Shown one piece after another: positions 35,535 to 58,900 of a DNA stretch of 64,000 bases. Numbering within the stretch: position 1 is the stretch's first letter; every line of letters begins with the position of its first letter. A program made the position numbers and the translations under genes. This DNA is from Blastocystis sp. Blastoise. Taxonomy: Eukaryota; Protista; Bigyra: Opalinata. The notes under the pieces are model-generated. The model searched no databases and was not told the DNA's origin. It was given only the letters and a program-made list of their open reading frames with translations. The stretch spans positions 1,860,001 to 1,924,000 of the forward strand of contig JBBPEB010000015.1 in assembly GCA_039096225.1 (NCBI GenBank). Direction: 5' to 3'.

Positions 35535-35915
35535 ATGGAAAATAATGAAAAAACATTGAAAGTATACATTACTCGTGTATTATTATTTTAATAAAAACTT
35601 AGGATACATTACAGGTACTTGGGAATGATGTTAATTACCGTCGTCATAAAGAATTGATGGAAAGTTATATATATAATAAGGCAAAACAAAATGAAAGTCA
35701 AATGAGTAAGACTCGATCTGATTATGATGTTCTTGTTGACAATCATCAGTTTATTCGAGATGATTTGAAAGATAAAAAGAATCAATCAAAGTATATAGTC
35801 ATCTAGAAATTCATTTCATTCCATATTTCCATTTAGTTGGGAAGTAAAAATGGCAAGAGACTATTATGATCGTTTAAATAAAGAATATGCACTTGCAAAT
35901 ATGAAGAAGTATACT

Positions 35916-35983
<68 letters not shown>

Positions 35984-37515
35984 AGATATGAAGAAAATAA
36001 GATTGGATTACGATGGAGACTTGAGAAAGAAGTTATTGATGGAAAAGGTCAATTTATTTGTGGCAATATCGATTGTAATCAAATTGATGGTATTTATAGT
36101 TTTTTTAAATATTTATTATATGCTTATTATATATTTATTATATATATTATTATGTTTATTATGTTTATTTATATTTTATTATATTGTATATAAGAGTCAT
36201 ATGATACTATTTTTCTAAATAGACTTGCATAGTTATGAAGTATTATTTACTTATGTTGAGAATAAAGAAGTCAAACATACATTAATTAAATTGAGATTAT
36301 GTCCTTATTGTGCGTTAAAATTATATTATAAAAAGATTACAGAATATGAAAAAACTCATGGAAAAGTATTGAATAGTAAATTAACAGCAAGTATATCAAA
36401 TTTATTATTAATGATTTATTATTTTTAATTATTTTTTTCAATAGAGGATATCTTTTCATATATTCTAACGGTATTGAATCCTCCATCTCAGAATTCTATT
36501 TCTATACAATCAAATACTCAAACAATTTCAAAAGAAAATAATTCTAATACTCCTTATTCTCATTCTTTAGGATCTAATTCAAAGTCCATAACAGATCATC
36601 ATCATTCTCCTTCTCCTTCTCCTTCTGTCTCATCATCTTTAAAATCACAACATTCTTCTCATAATCATTCTAATCATTCTAAATCGAAGTCTGAATCTAT
36701 AAATAATGATAGAAATCATAATAATAAACATAATCATCATCATCATCATAGTTGTCATCATCATCATCATAATTCTAAAGATATAATAAATCAAGACATA
36801 AATAAAGATATACAGTCTAAACTTAATAAAACTCAGACATCAGAACATCCAAAAATTGATTCTTTATCAAAAGATAATAATAATAATAGTATTATTATTA
36901 AAGATAAACTATCTTCTAAGAATGAAGACAATAAAGAAATGATTTCAAAGAAACGTATTCATATTCTATTCTATTATTTAATAATATTATTCTATATATA
37001 TTATTTATATTATGTTGTTTATATGCTATTATTTATATACTATTATTTATATACTATTATTCTATAGAATATTATTTATATACTATTATTCTATATAGGA
37101 CTTCTTCCAGTTGAAAATCCTATATCTCAAGTAATAGAAAAACCAAAAAGAATTAAAAAATCTCGTTATGAATCAGATAGGTATATATATATATTAATTC
37201 TATATTCAATTTAAATTCAAATATATATACATCAAGATTTCTTTTATTTCACTTTCTTTTTTTTATTACTATTTTACTAGTTCTTCTTCTGAAGATGAAA
37301 TACATGATTCTATAAAAGATGATAATACTCAAACAATCAACAAATCTACTGTGAAACCTAAATCTAATGAAAACAATACAAAACAAATATCCAGTAAACA
37401 ACAAAACAACAAATCTATTCCTCATGAAACAAAAGATATATGGAAGGCCGAAAGAGTTGTAGAAGCAACAGAACAAGACACTGTCGATCAATATCTTTCA
37501 TCTCTTTTTTTCTAG
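35535..37515 (+). CDS. FRA10AC1: FRA10AC1 homolog (spliceosome-associated) with S/H-rich insertion; 8 exons
   Basis: DYDVLVDNHQFI, WEVKMARDYYDRLNKEYA, KIGLRWRLEKEVIDGKGQFICGN, SYEVLFTYVE..LIKLRLCPYC; C-terminal DQYLSSLFF. Confidence 0.93.
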
Positions 37516-38142
37516 TAACATTATCATGTTTACCGTCAATTGACTCTTTATAGACTCATTTACTTCTTTCTCCTATTTTTAATCACTCGGATTTATCTTA
37601 ATATTGATAGTTTATCAATATACGTATAATTAATTCTAAAAAAAATAGTTGATTGTCAATTGTTCTCATTCTCATTCCTTATTTCAATTAATTTATTCCG
37701 GGTATATTTACCACAACATTTTTCAACATCGTTTATTTGTTATTTCTGAAATATAAACACATTTTTATTAAGCAATTAACAAGTTTTCATTAGTTTTAAT
37801 ACATAACACTCTCCTTATATCTTTCTGCACATTCAGATTATAAATATTCTATAAGATGACATAACCAAGTTATATTCCCTATGAATCAATTAAAAAAATA
37901 AAAAAAAATTATTGATAAATTATCATGGGGAATAAATTTATATGAGTCATTTTATACATATTCACATAAGAGAGAAAAAAACACAATGATAAACTCAATT
38001 GTTGAAAAAGTCATTTTCTATGGGCAAAATACCTTTCTTCCCGCGGAACTAAGAAAAACACAGGGAATATCTAGATTCTTTTCTTTTTATAAAAAAATTT
38101 AATTTTGCTCTTTATATAGTCAATTGAATATATATATACGAC

Positions 38143-41070
38143 ATGGCAGCAGTTCCAGAATTGAAGAATTCAGTTATTGATCTTAATATACTACGAGAGA
38201 ATGAAAAAACTGATTTTGAACACATCTTTTCTACTGTATCTTCCTATATTTCATTGATTTTCCTATCTACTGATATAGATTGGAGGTTCGAAGTGCTGCA
38301 TATTTGAATTCAATGTGTATCAATTTTTTAATAGAATTGTCGACCCCAAAAAGTTTTACCCTGTATTCTCGTGCTATCTTAGTATTTGATATATATACAC
38401 AAATTATAGGAAAATGGTTGTGGCGAAATTATGACGATTAATATGGCTGATATTGATACAACTGCAGAAAATGTATTGTTCTTCATACGTCCTGTGATCA
38501 AAAACACAAAACTTGTGTGCAACATTATTAAAAAACTGAATGAATCCAATAAAAATCAAAAATTTTTCCTATATTTCCTTCCTCAAAAAACATATGTTTG
38601 CAACCAAGTATATGATTTATAAATTATTTATGTAGATAATTATATATAATTAGATATTTAAAATTATTATTTAATGTAACTCTATATATTTAAATAATTA
38701 TATATAATTAAATATTTAAAATTATTATTTAATTTAACTCTATATATTTAAATAATTATATATAATTAGATATTTAAATAATGATTTAACTTAACTCTAT
38801 ATATTTAAATAAATAATTATATATAATTGGATATTTAAATAATTATTTAACTTAACTCTATATATTTAAATAAATAATTATATATATAACTCTCTAGATA
38901 TTAAAAAGTGAGAATGTGTATCAGTTATTAACTGTAGATGAATTAAAAATCGATTTATTACCGTTGGATGATGATATTGTTTCGATGGAATTTAATGACG
39001 CATTTAAAAATATTTATTATTATTTAAATATATATATATATATTGTTATTAATTAAATTATACTGTCAATTCTCATGAATATAATAAATATATATTCTTT
39101 TTATAGAAATATTTATTTGGATAATAATCCATTAGAATTAGAGCACATAGCACGTGCCTTATTGAAAATCCAATCATTATATGGAGTCATTCCTACTATT
39201 TCTAGTTTTGGCGGTAAATGTTCAACAATTACCAACATTATGCAACGTCTTAGAAACACAATTGTTGATGTATTTATATATTGTTTTGCTTTTTTTTTAA
39301 ATATTTTTGTCTAAATATTTTATTAATATATATTATATTATTCTATGTTATTCTATATTATTCTTTATTACTCTATATTATCTTTATTATACTATATTAT
39401 TCTTTATTATATAATATTTAGAGTGATCTTCCAGGTGAGATTGACCAATGTATACTTATCGATAGATCCATTGATTTCCCTTCTTCTCTTATTACTCCTC
39501 TTACTTATGAAGGACTTATTGATGATGTATATATATGACTATTTATATTATAATTATTATACTTATAATTATATTTATTATAATTATTAAATATATTATA
39601 TATATGTTTTTATATTCATCAATATTATTATCTTTAAATTAATAGACATTTGAAATTAAATCTTCACAAGTAACAGTTAAAAATAGTATTATTGGAAAGG
39701 TATATTATATGTATATTATTTAATAGTAATAATAATACTATATAGCCTGAAACTGCTGAGAATGATAGTACTACAATGATTTTAAATAATAATGATAATT
39801 TATTCGTAGATCTTCGAGATAATAATATTATTGTACTTCCTAAAGTATTAAAACAATTAACCATGGAAATTCAAGCTAAGATTAATAATAAACCTACAAA
39901 TACTGCTGATATTTCTGCTATTCAAGATTTTATTAAACAGTTACCTAAATATATACAATCTCAAGATAAATTACCCGTTTATTATGCTGTATATATGCTT
40001 TATTATTATTTTTATTATTCTAATTTTATATAATTATTTTTTTTCTTCTATAAATTAATATAATATATAATATATAAATTAATATAATATATAATATATA
40101 AATTAATATAATATATAATATATAAATTAATATAATATAAATAGATAATGGAGAATCTTCTTACTCTTATTAATAGCTATTCATTTAAACAAAATTGGCA
40201 AATGGAACGATCATGTTTAGAACAAGAAAATATATATGATTATATTATGGATAGAATAGCTTTACAAGTATAGATTTCTATTATTATTATTATTATATAT
40301 ATATTATTATTATATGTATATTATTTTCAATGAATTTATAATTTTATTATTATTGATTTATTTATAATTATTCATATAATAATATGAATTATATTTTTAT
40401 TTCTTTTTAGGATCCTCTAACTACAGTACTTCGTCTTTTATGTTTATATTCTCTTGTAAATGATGGTATTAAACAAAAATTATATGAACCTATTAAGAGA
40501 GAAATTATACAAACTTATGGATTTGAACAAATGTGTACTTTATATACGTTAGAAAATATGGGGTTCCTTAAAGTTAAAGAGGGTTCTTCTACGTGGGCAA
40601 CTTTAGCAGGAAAACTGAAATGTATACGAAATGATATTGATGGAAGTACTATGACCGATATGAATTATGTTACTTCTGGTTATGCTCCTCTCTCTTGCCG
40701 CCTTATTTCTGCAGCTATTTTTAATCCTAATATGATTAAACAAGATCTTCAAAAATATTTAACAAATCCATATATTGAAATTAAACAAGAAATAAAATCT
40801 AAGAAAAATGCTGAACGAAAGGTAGTATTATTAGTATTTGTTGGAGGTATCACGTATACAGAAATAGCTGCTCTTCGACAAATTAAAAAGATTGTATATA
40901 TATACTAATTTTATTATCTGTAATCATTATATAATATAAAAATAATATAATCAATAAATATTTATAAATACATGTATATATAGCCTAATAATAAAGTTGA
41001 TTTACTTATAATGACAACCAATATATTAAATGGAAAACGTGTTATTCAAAGTTGTCTTGAAAAAATATAA
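38143..41070 (+). CDS. VPS33: Vps33 (Sec1/Munc18 family, HOPS/CORVET); ~12 exons
   Basis: FFIRP, PLDDDIVSME, IDRSIDFPSLLITPLTYEGLIDD, YVTSGYAPLSCRL, LVFVGGITYTEIAALR, TTNILNG. Confidence 0.92.
38630..38895. repeat. Intronic ~50-bp degenerate tandem repeat, ~5 copies
   Basis: Recurring AATTATATATAATTAGATATTTAAA..AACTCTATATATTTAAAT. Confidence 0.85.
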
Positions 41071-41716
41071 TTCTTATATTAATAATATTTTCATATTTCT
41101 ATATATATATATATTTGTTTTTCTTTACAACATTCCATTTAATCAATATTTATATTTTATACTATTTCTTTTATTTCTTTTTTCATTTTTTTCATTTTGA
41201 TTGTATACATTTAACCCAAATATTTATTTTGTTGATAACACTTAAATATTTACCAAAATATTATTATATCACCTCCTTCCCCCGCCTCAAAGAAAAAGAC
41301 TCAATGATTAAAACTCTAAAGAAAAATAACATAAAAATTAACAATACATATACAAAACAATACTTAACACAAAAGAAAATAATTATATAAGAATCAAAAG
41401 GATGGTGCAGATAATTCTAGGATAAAAATAATAAATAAATAACTGTTTAAATTGTGCACACAAAAGTAAATAATTCAAAAATAAAAAAAAAAACTAATAA
41501 GAATATTATGTTAATATTTTTAGATATATAAAACAAAATAAATGCAATATTAAAAAAAATAAATAAAATGAATAATGCAAAATAAGTACATACATATATA
41601 ATAAAAAAAATACTATTTATAAAACTATTAATAACAAAAAAAAAACAAATAGAATATATTAGAAAACAAAAATGAGAAAATAGTATAGTTATGTAATAAA
41701 CAAAGAAAACAAATAA

Positions 41717-49224
<7,508 letters not shown>

Positions 49225-49981
49225 TTCTATTTGTTTAATTCACTATTTGAACAGAATTACAAATAAATCGAAGGTTTTATTTAAATAATGCTGAATTTTT
49301 CAATGTAGAAACTGACTTGGATATTCAGATAAATATAGAGAGACTTTTAGCTCGATTCATAAAATATCCCAAATATGTACTAATAACCACGATTCAATAC
49401 GGTTCTTTTATGGAGAACACAATTCACATTTTTTTTCTTTAATGATTCTAACGGTCAGGTTTTCTTAGTAGAGTAGAATTCTAAATTGTTGAGAGTTTAG
49501 TGAGGTTGTAATAAGAATCGTATACAAATGAAGAGAATGCTAAGACTTGAGAGATTTGTATGAGAATATTAGATTAACTATTATCAACATTATTTGTCTT
49601 TTTTCGTGTTGACATTTAATTAAAAGTAATAAAAAATACTTTATTTTATAGATAATTTCTAGCTAGCATGACGCAGATAACTAAAACTCTTTATTGATCA
49701 CTTGTTATTGAATAGTAATTATTTATCATGAAAATAAAATGTTTAAATAGTTCAGTGAATGATGTTAACAGAATCAATATTCTTCTTAGAATATATTTGA
49801 TATAAGAATAAATAGTTTATATGAAAAAATATGAAAAACATAGATTAAACCAACTAGAGAAGATTAAAAAGAAAACATATATTTGACTAATTAAATATAC
49901 ATCAAATAAATTATAATTAGAATATAAAAGAAAACAAATAAACAGAAAATATAATGATGAATAATGGTTGTTTTAAATTAT

Positions 49982-51739
49982 TTAGATTTGTTTCACTTCA
50001 ACATCTAATACATAATGATATACCCTAGGAGCATAGCTTTTTACTTTCTCTACATGTGTAATAGTAAATTGAAATGACTTTTGATTTGAAGTAGCAATTG
50101 TAGATAATTGAATAGGAAGTGATTCAATAAACGTATTATATTCATTATCATGTATATTCTCATGTATATGAAGCATACCTCCCTTTATATATATATATAA
50201 TATATTTATTTATAAATAAATTATCTTATTATATTCTATATTCTAAAAAAACTTATAAAAATAAAAATAATACACTTTATTAATAATTATAAAAGAATAA
50301 AAAATAGTAAATAATAAAAAAAAAGTAAATAATAAAAAATTCATCATAATCTATATATATATATATATATATATACAGTTGGTTTTAGTAATCTGATAGC
50401 TGTTTCCCATCCTGGTCTACTACTAGGGAGTAATCCTAAAAGAACACGATCTGCCTTATTATAATAAGGTTTACTAATAAGACGATTATCGCCACATAAT
50501 ATCTATAGGGAATTATATATTATAATAATTATTATTTATTTTTATAAAAACGATAGTATTTATAGTTGTTTATTAATAGCATTAAAATATATATATATAT
50601 ATAAATTTAGAATTAATAACAATAAGAAATGAATATAACATATATAATAAAAAGTATTCTAATACTATTCTAAAACATACAGTACATTTCTGTTCAACAT
50701 GATTTAGTTTCACATTCTTTGTTAACGCTTCGATACTATCAGGATTCCATTCGAGGGCAGTCACGTGACTCACTTCTGGACGTAACAGAAGAGGAAGAGT
50801 AAAATATCCAATTCCCTTTAATATAATATAATATTATATATATGATAATGTTATTTGTCTTATTTGTATAGTGATTATTCATTTATAAAATATTCAAGAA
50901 ATATAAAAGAAATTATATATATATATTATATATATAACATACAGCGTACATATCAACAACATATTCATTGGACTGAAGAGAAAGTGTTTTCATTCGACAA
51001 CGTTCAGTCACATTCCCGCTGGAATACATGACTTTCTCAATATTATAACTGTAAATAACATTATTTTGTTTAACTTCTACCCAACCATCAGCGTTGGCGG
51101 GATATAAAACGCGGGTATGACTTTCTCTCTTTGGACCTATAAATAATATAAGAATATAAATAATATAAATAATATAAATAATAAAATAATATAAATAATA
51201 TAAATAATATAAATAATATAAATAATATAAATAAAAAAAAAAGATAATAATATAAATAATATAAATAATATAAATAATATAAATAATATAAATAATATAA
51301 ATAATATAAATAATATAAATAATAAAAGAATATAAGTAATAAAATAATAATATAAATAATATAAATATAATAAATAATAATATTAATAACAATTTATATA
51401 ATAAAACATACCACAATCGACATCTTCATATGAGGCAATTCGCTTGCATTTCATTAATGTACAAATATCCTTATATAATACTTCTATGGTTTCATTTTGA
51501 CTCTCTAGGGTAGGGATGTTAAATCCTTTGGGGAATAAGAGGATATCTTGAATACGTTCAAATTTAGGAGGAAATGAAGATATACAAGATAAATCAAATG
51601 AGTTATCTTTACAATATTGCTCAATCATAATTTTCATTTGATCAATATCCTTTAATTGTTTAACTGGTTTTTCCGCGGGAATTGTTGCATTTTCATCATT
51701 AATAATAGAATAGGAAATATTTTGAGGAAGCTCTATATA

Positions 51740-51770
<31 letters not shown>

Positions 51771-51776
51771 ATAGAA

Positions 51777-51832
<56 letters not shown>

Positions 51833-52023
51833 AATATACTCTCTTTATATAAATCAATAGTAGATATAGTAATAGGAATATTAGCATTTCCATGAATATC
51901 TTTATATATCTTTCTTGTTTTATCATAAATTTGAAGGGATTCCAAACATGTTTTGAAAGATTTTAACTATAAGTATATATATCTTATATATCTATTAATT
52001 ACAGATTCTATATTTATAAAATT

Positions 52024-52058
<35 letters not shown>

Positions 52059-53282
52059 TTGTTTGATATCGCTAATAACGAGAGAATAATGGTTTTTAAT
52101 AGGAATAACTTTTGTATCTTTCTTTATAATTATATCTTTATGAATATCACTAACTGGTAATGATAATTTATTATTGACTTGTAATGGACATTGTTTATTC
52201 GTTGATATATAATGATAAAGAGTAGAAGGTATATATGTATATATAGAATGATTATAATGACAAGTCCAAAATACATTACCACCTCCTCCTAATAATAATA
52301 ACATATTCCCTAACTATATATATATTTATTATTGATTATATTATATATAACTAAACTCTTATAAATGTATTAAAAAAATATATAATGATCTTTACATAAT
52401 ATGTTATATATATACTTTATTAAGTGTGAATTGCATAAGTAATATATCTTTTTCCATATAATGAGAGAGAGATACTTCTAAGGATGGTAAGGGGTATATA
52501 TATACATTTAAAGTAGATATATAGGTAGATATATCCATAAGATAACATTTAAAATGAGATGTCTCATATCCATATATAAGATATAAAGAAGGAGATAAGG
52601 ATACATACTATATATATATTATGTTTATTATTATTACTATTAATATTATTATTGTATACTTTTAAAATTGATGTATATTTAAAACCTTGTTCATTTTCGT
52701 GATTATTATTTCTTTTAGTTCCTATATATATATATAATCTATTTATATAGAATCTATTTATATACCATTACCAGAAGGAATAGAATCTTCTGGAATAAGA
52801 ACTTCTTTCTCAATTTCCATATTTTCACGGGAATCATGATTTTCTTCATCTATATCCAAAGTATCCATTTCCATGTCTCTATTTCCATCTTCATTCCCAC
52901 GGTTATTTGATGCTTTTATAGAATATGTATTCATAGGTTTTGCTTTAGTATCTCTACGTTTCTTACTTCTACGATATACATCATTCTCACATATATTTAT
53001 AGGATTCCAATAACGTTTCGATAATTTAAATATATATATACTACTCTCACTTGCTAGATATTGTATATATTATTATATTATTATATTATTATATTATTAT
53101 ATTATATTATATTATTATATTATTATATTATTATATTATTATATTATATATTCATTAAAATATTGTTAACATAGACTAGGTAATACAATATATAATATAT
53201 ATGTACCATGTCCTTCTAAGTTGTTATATCCTCCAAAAATACATATATAATCGTGATTACATTGAGTTGGAGAAGAATTATT

Positions 53283-53327
<45 letters not shown>

Positions 53328-55682
53328 TTATTAAAAAAATAATATATATAGATACCTATAGGCATACAAATAGGGACCATATTATGCATAAATAGGGCCC
53401 CTGGACCCTTATTATCTTGTATAGACCCTATATTTTCATTATTAGGGTCCATATTAGGTGCAATGTCCCCAATATCTTCAATATATTTAGGGTCCATATA
53501 ATCATATAATAATGACCAACTACCTATATATTGATCTTCTCTTTGAATAATTCTCAATAGCCACATATCTCCATAAATATGTGTTTCATCACGACCTCCA
53601 TATATAGCGATGGTTTCCCGCGAAACAGAACACATGGCGGTATGCCAACGGGGTTTGGGACCATTTCCTTCAATAACTATATATATATATATATATATTT
53701 ATTATTATTAGCATAGTTTATTTATACATGAATGAATAGTAAATAATAATACTAATATAAATAGGATAATATATTATAAATATAAATAAATATATATATA
53801 TATATATACCCACTTCTTTCCATATATTCTTCTCAATATCTAATATCCATACATCATTATATGCCTTAGAAGGACCCTGACGTCCCGCAAATAAAAGCAT
53901 ATTTTGACCATATTTACAGAGTGATGAATATTGTCTTTTTGGAGGACAAATAGTAAAGGAAGGAGAAGATATATGAACATTTCTATATATAATAAATAGA
54001 ATAATAATAATAATAATAAATATAATAATAATATATATTTATAATAATAATATATGTATTATAATAAATATAATAAATATAATAATAATATACTCATCAA
54101 TTTTTTGAATATAAATGATATCTCCAAGTCTGTCATCTTTATTATTTTCTTTCCCTCCAAAACCACCATATAAACATACAAAATCATCTGATACTATAAT
54201 AATAATAATTATTATACTATTAACAATAGCTTTAATAAATATAATAAATATAAATAAAACTATAATAATTAATATATATACTATTACAACTTGAATGAGC
54301 TCTTCTTCTTAACAAATCTGTTATATTGTCAAGAGACACAAATGTATTTGATGCGTTCTGATTGGCTACTTCAGGTATTGGTTTCCAGTTCCATAAGGAT
54401 GGAGGTAATGATGAAAAAGAAGAAAGTGAGGTCTCTAAAGGATAATAATAATAATAATTGTATAATAATAACAATTGCATAATAATAATAATTTGTATCA
54501 TAATAATAATTTGTATAATAATAATAATTTGTATCATAATAATAATTTGTATCATAATATTAATTTGTATAAAAATAAAAAAACATAACAATTATAATCC
54601 TAATCATAATTATATTTACCTTCTGTTTGAATTGGTATAGATAATGAATAATGTGATTTTAACTATATATATATATAATTGTTAAAATATAATGAATAAT
54701 CATTACAAGTAATATATATATATATATACTGCTTCAAAGAACATATGTATACGTTCTAAATTATTATTAAATTTCACATTACCATATTGAACTAAATAAT
54801 GTAAATAATCACTATTAATACCAATAGATCCATTTTCATATATAGGTAATTCAAGATTATTAGAAGTGGTACGAATTCCTAACATAGTCTTTGTACCTAT
54901 AGAATATATAGAATAAATATAATAAACATAATAAATTAATAAATAAAAATATAATAAATATAATAATAAAAATATAATAAATATAATAAATATAATAAAT
55001 CTAATAAATAAAATAAATCTAATAAATAAAATTATAATAAAAAAAAACATAAATATAATAAAACAATCATATATATACCTGCTAAAATACCACTTTCTCT
55101 GAATCCGCATTGAATAGCTATTGTTAACATTTCTTGTGCAGATTCTATATTTCTACATTCAACCTAGAACATAAATAGAATACCATAAAAAGTTAAATAA
55201 CATTATATTTATACATGTAATAAAAAGGGTTCTAGTTTGAAAAGAACTACACCTTTACAAGAAGGTAAATGATTATTTAATATTTCATCAACTTCTTCAT
55301 TTGTAATCGTTCTATGCTCAATAAAAATCCATTTTCCACCTTTCTAAAAAAATAAAAAAAGATCAATATAGTATTAAATTTATATATAACAAATAGAAAA
55401 ATACACTCATTTGCTCTCCTTTCTCTTCAACATAATTTGCACAGAATATAGAGAACCTACCACTACAAGAACTAGTTGTAACATAATTTTCTAATGTATT
55501 TATGTAATAAATTAAATCAACAATAGGAGCATCCAACGATCCTTTCTTTGATCGATCAAATGCATCTCTTAACTTTGACAATTTGTTGGCTTTCACTTGG
55601 TCAAAAGGTGATTGCTTTCTAGGATGAGAATAGCATTTTATTAACAGAGCATATACTTCTTTTGTGATACTTTAGTATCCAT
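49982..55682 (-). CDS. TYW2/3/4: tRNA wybutosine-synthesis fusion protein TYW3-kelch(TYW4 C-terminal-like)-TYW2; ~20 exons
   Basis: TYW3: DRSKKGSLDAPI, TTSSCSGR, EPFLLHVECR, GFRESG. Kelch repeats: LFAGRQGP..YNDVW, IYGGR. TYW2: KVMYSSGNVTER, DMYAGIGYFTLP, ADRVLLGLLPSS, HIHEN, VKSYAP. Confidence 0.92.
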
Positions 55683-55943
55683 ATTCTTGATTTATAATAT
55701 GAATTCCGTATGAAAAAAAGAAAAACGTTATTTATTGAAGAAAATTTCTCATTTGACAATCACTTGAAATTTCTACATTTTTGCTTATTTCTTAGCAATT
55801 TCTTTGTGTTTCCACAAGAAAACTGTTTCTTTTTTTTTGACTCTTTTTATTTCTTCGTTTTATATGTAAAAAAATACAAGAATAATTTTTAAACATAGAG
55901 AATTAAACTATGATTTAAATAATTAAAATAGTTCAATCAATTA

Positions 55944-58900
55944 ATGAAAAATTCAGGATCAAAATCTGCCATTTCGTCAAGTGTTTCGCTTGTTACTAAG
56001 TAAATAAAATAAGAATGAAGTTTAAAATTATCTAGATACTCTTTCAAAGATACAATTCACAACAAAAAAGACTATTATTTAGGATTATGCACAATTATAC
56101 TTGTTGTTTCATTTGTTTCTTTGCTACAAGTATATACACTATTCTTATGAAGATTCAGAATTTGTAGTGTATCATTACTGGAAGTCAATTATTAATATTA
56201 AGAATATCAGAGAGACAAGTTGGTGAAAGTGATATTGTATTAACAGCAGACACATCCTCTACTTCAGGAATTATGTTTGTTAATTATGTATGTATATATG
56301 TAATATAGTTTAAACATAATATATATTTTTAATATTCTGATTGTAGACAAAAGTATTCAATGACCTTGATCCTAAAATAACAGAAGGTGCTGTTCCTCGA
56401 TGGATGTTACCTGGAAAACTAGTTCTAGAAACATCTTCTTCTTTATCAACATTAAATGGTTTATATATGATTATATAGAAGATATTTTTATATATTATTA
56501 TTATGATTATTATTGTGTTTATGATTATTATTATGATTATTATTGTGTTTATAATAATAATTATTATATTTTTATTATATACTTATAATAATAATTATAT
56601 TGTTATTATTTAACCCATTATTATAGAAGAAAATACAACTTCATTTCAACTTCATGATTTATCTTCCTATTTATTATTTGCAGATAGGCATATATATATA
56701 TATATAAATACAATATTCTTTTAAATAAAATTAATATATAGTGATTTAGAAAAGAATATTGGAATTGGTAAAGAATGGAAATATAATAAATTAAGTATTT
56801 TAATTCTATTTATTTATTATTATATCCTATTTTTTCTTCTTATAATCAGATGAAAAAGAAATCATAATAACTTCTTCTGCAAGTAGAGAAATGAATATAT
56901 TAATTGGAGATTTTATAAATATATTCGTGAATATAAGTGATTATTTAAAGACCGTTGATTTTGAATCTGAACAAGGTCAAAAGTATATTACTTCAGTAAT
57001 CTAATTATTTTATTCTTTTATTATTATAAAGTATATGTATATTTATTATAGTTTTCTTCATTCTTTGAATTTATCACGATCTGATTTAGAAGGTCAGTAT
57101 ATAACTAAAAATGGATTATTTTATGATTTCTATACGAAAGATACTATATATAAAATCCCTAATGTTTCTATTAATAAGTATATACCTGAATATTATGAAC
57201 AAAAACTGAACAACGGAGAAACCATTCCACTCTATGATATTATGTATATATTATGAACTATATTTATATATTCATATTAATCTATATATATATATATTAT
57301 TTAATAGTATGTATAATTATATATAGAATATATATATTAAAATCAGAATTAGTTATTAATCAAGAAATGACAGTTATTGGAACAATAGATAAACCAAATG
57401 TATATATACTATATATATATGAATATCTCTTTTTAATTCTATATAAAACATGGGAATATCTATTGATTACAGGGAAAATGGCCTTTAAATCTTGGAAATG
57501 TTGTATATATCGAATCAGATACAATTCCTTCATTAATAATGGAATCCAATCCGCTATTAACAATGGAATATAGCGGTAATATATTGGCAGGAACTGATAT
57601 GGATACTATGTTGAATAAAGAAACTGATAATATAGATAATAAACAAAAACAAAAAGATATATATAATCAATTGAAAAACTATGCAATGCAGGTATACCAT
57701 AGATTTATTTATATTATTATTATATATATAGGTAATCATTCAATTTAAAGATCGAAATAATATATATACATCATCATCTTTAGAAGAGTAATTCTATATA
57801 TATATATATATATATTATAGTATTCTATATAGTACTTTTACTCAATATGCAAATGATATACTTAATTCTCTCTCTTCTTCTTCTTCTTCTTCTACTTATA
57901 ATATAATATATACATCTCCATCATATACTGTTACACCTACATATCCACTATATCTAGCCTTATCTGTATATATATATTTAATATTAATAATAATATATAA
58001 TAATAATATATATAATAATAGCATATATATATAGAATCTCTCCTTTGTGAATATTTTACTCAATCAAATATGTATTATGGTGGATATCCTTTTATGTATA
58101 TTGGGTGGATATGTTATATACTGTCTTCTTATGACAAATATTGATGTAAAAACGTATATATATTTATTAATAAACATTGTATACTATTCATTATTCTATA
58201 TTTATACATAGATATGAATATGGATTATTACGTTCATTTGGACTGTCTTCTCCATCACTTATTTCTATTGTTATTTTTCAAACATTATATTTCGTTATTC
58301 CAGGGATTATAATTGGAATTCTATTTTGTTTTATTGGATATTATATAATGAGGTATTACTAGAATTATATAGTTATATATATATAGATGGATATTATTAT
58401 CAACTTTATTTATTGAAATGAATATGATTCCACCACTTTCTGCTATCTATATTGGTGTTATTATTGGTATTACTTATATTATTGATATTCTATATACTAT
58501 ATATAATTAGTTATATATGTATAGTATACTCTACTATATAAACTATAGAGTATATTCTATACTATATATTAATGTATATAGGTATATGTATTCCTCTGTT
58601 ATCTCTCCTTCCTCCTCTCTATAAATTATTCTCCCAATCAATTAATAAAGCATTAGATATCTATCATCAAGTATATATACATATATAGTATCATGAACAA
58701 CTATTATAAGAATCACAGAATTATATCTTAATTATATGTTTATATAGGATGTTAATGGAATGATAGTTACCTTAGTTGATACACGGAAAATTGGTTTTTC
58801 TATTCCTCTCTGTACTATTGCTATATTACTTGTATATATATATATATATATATATTACACACACAAGCATACTCTATCTCTACTATATATATATATATAT

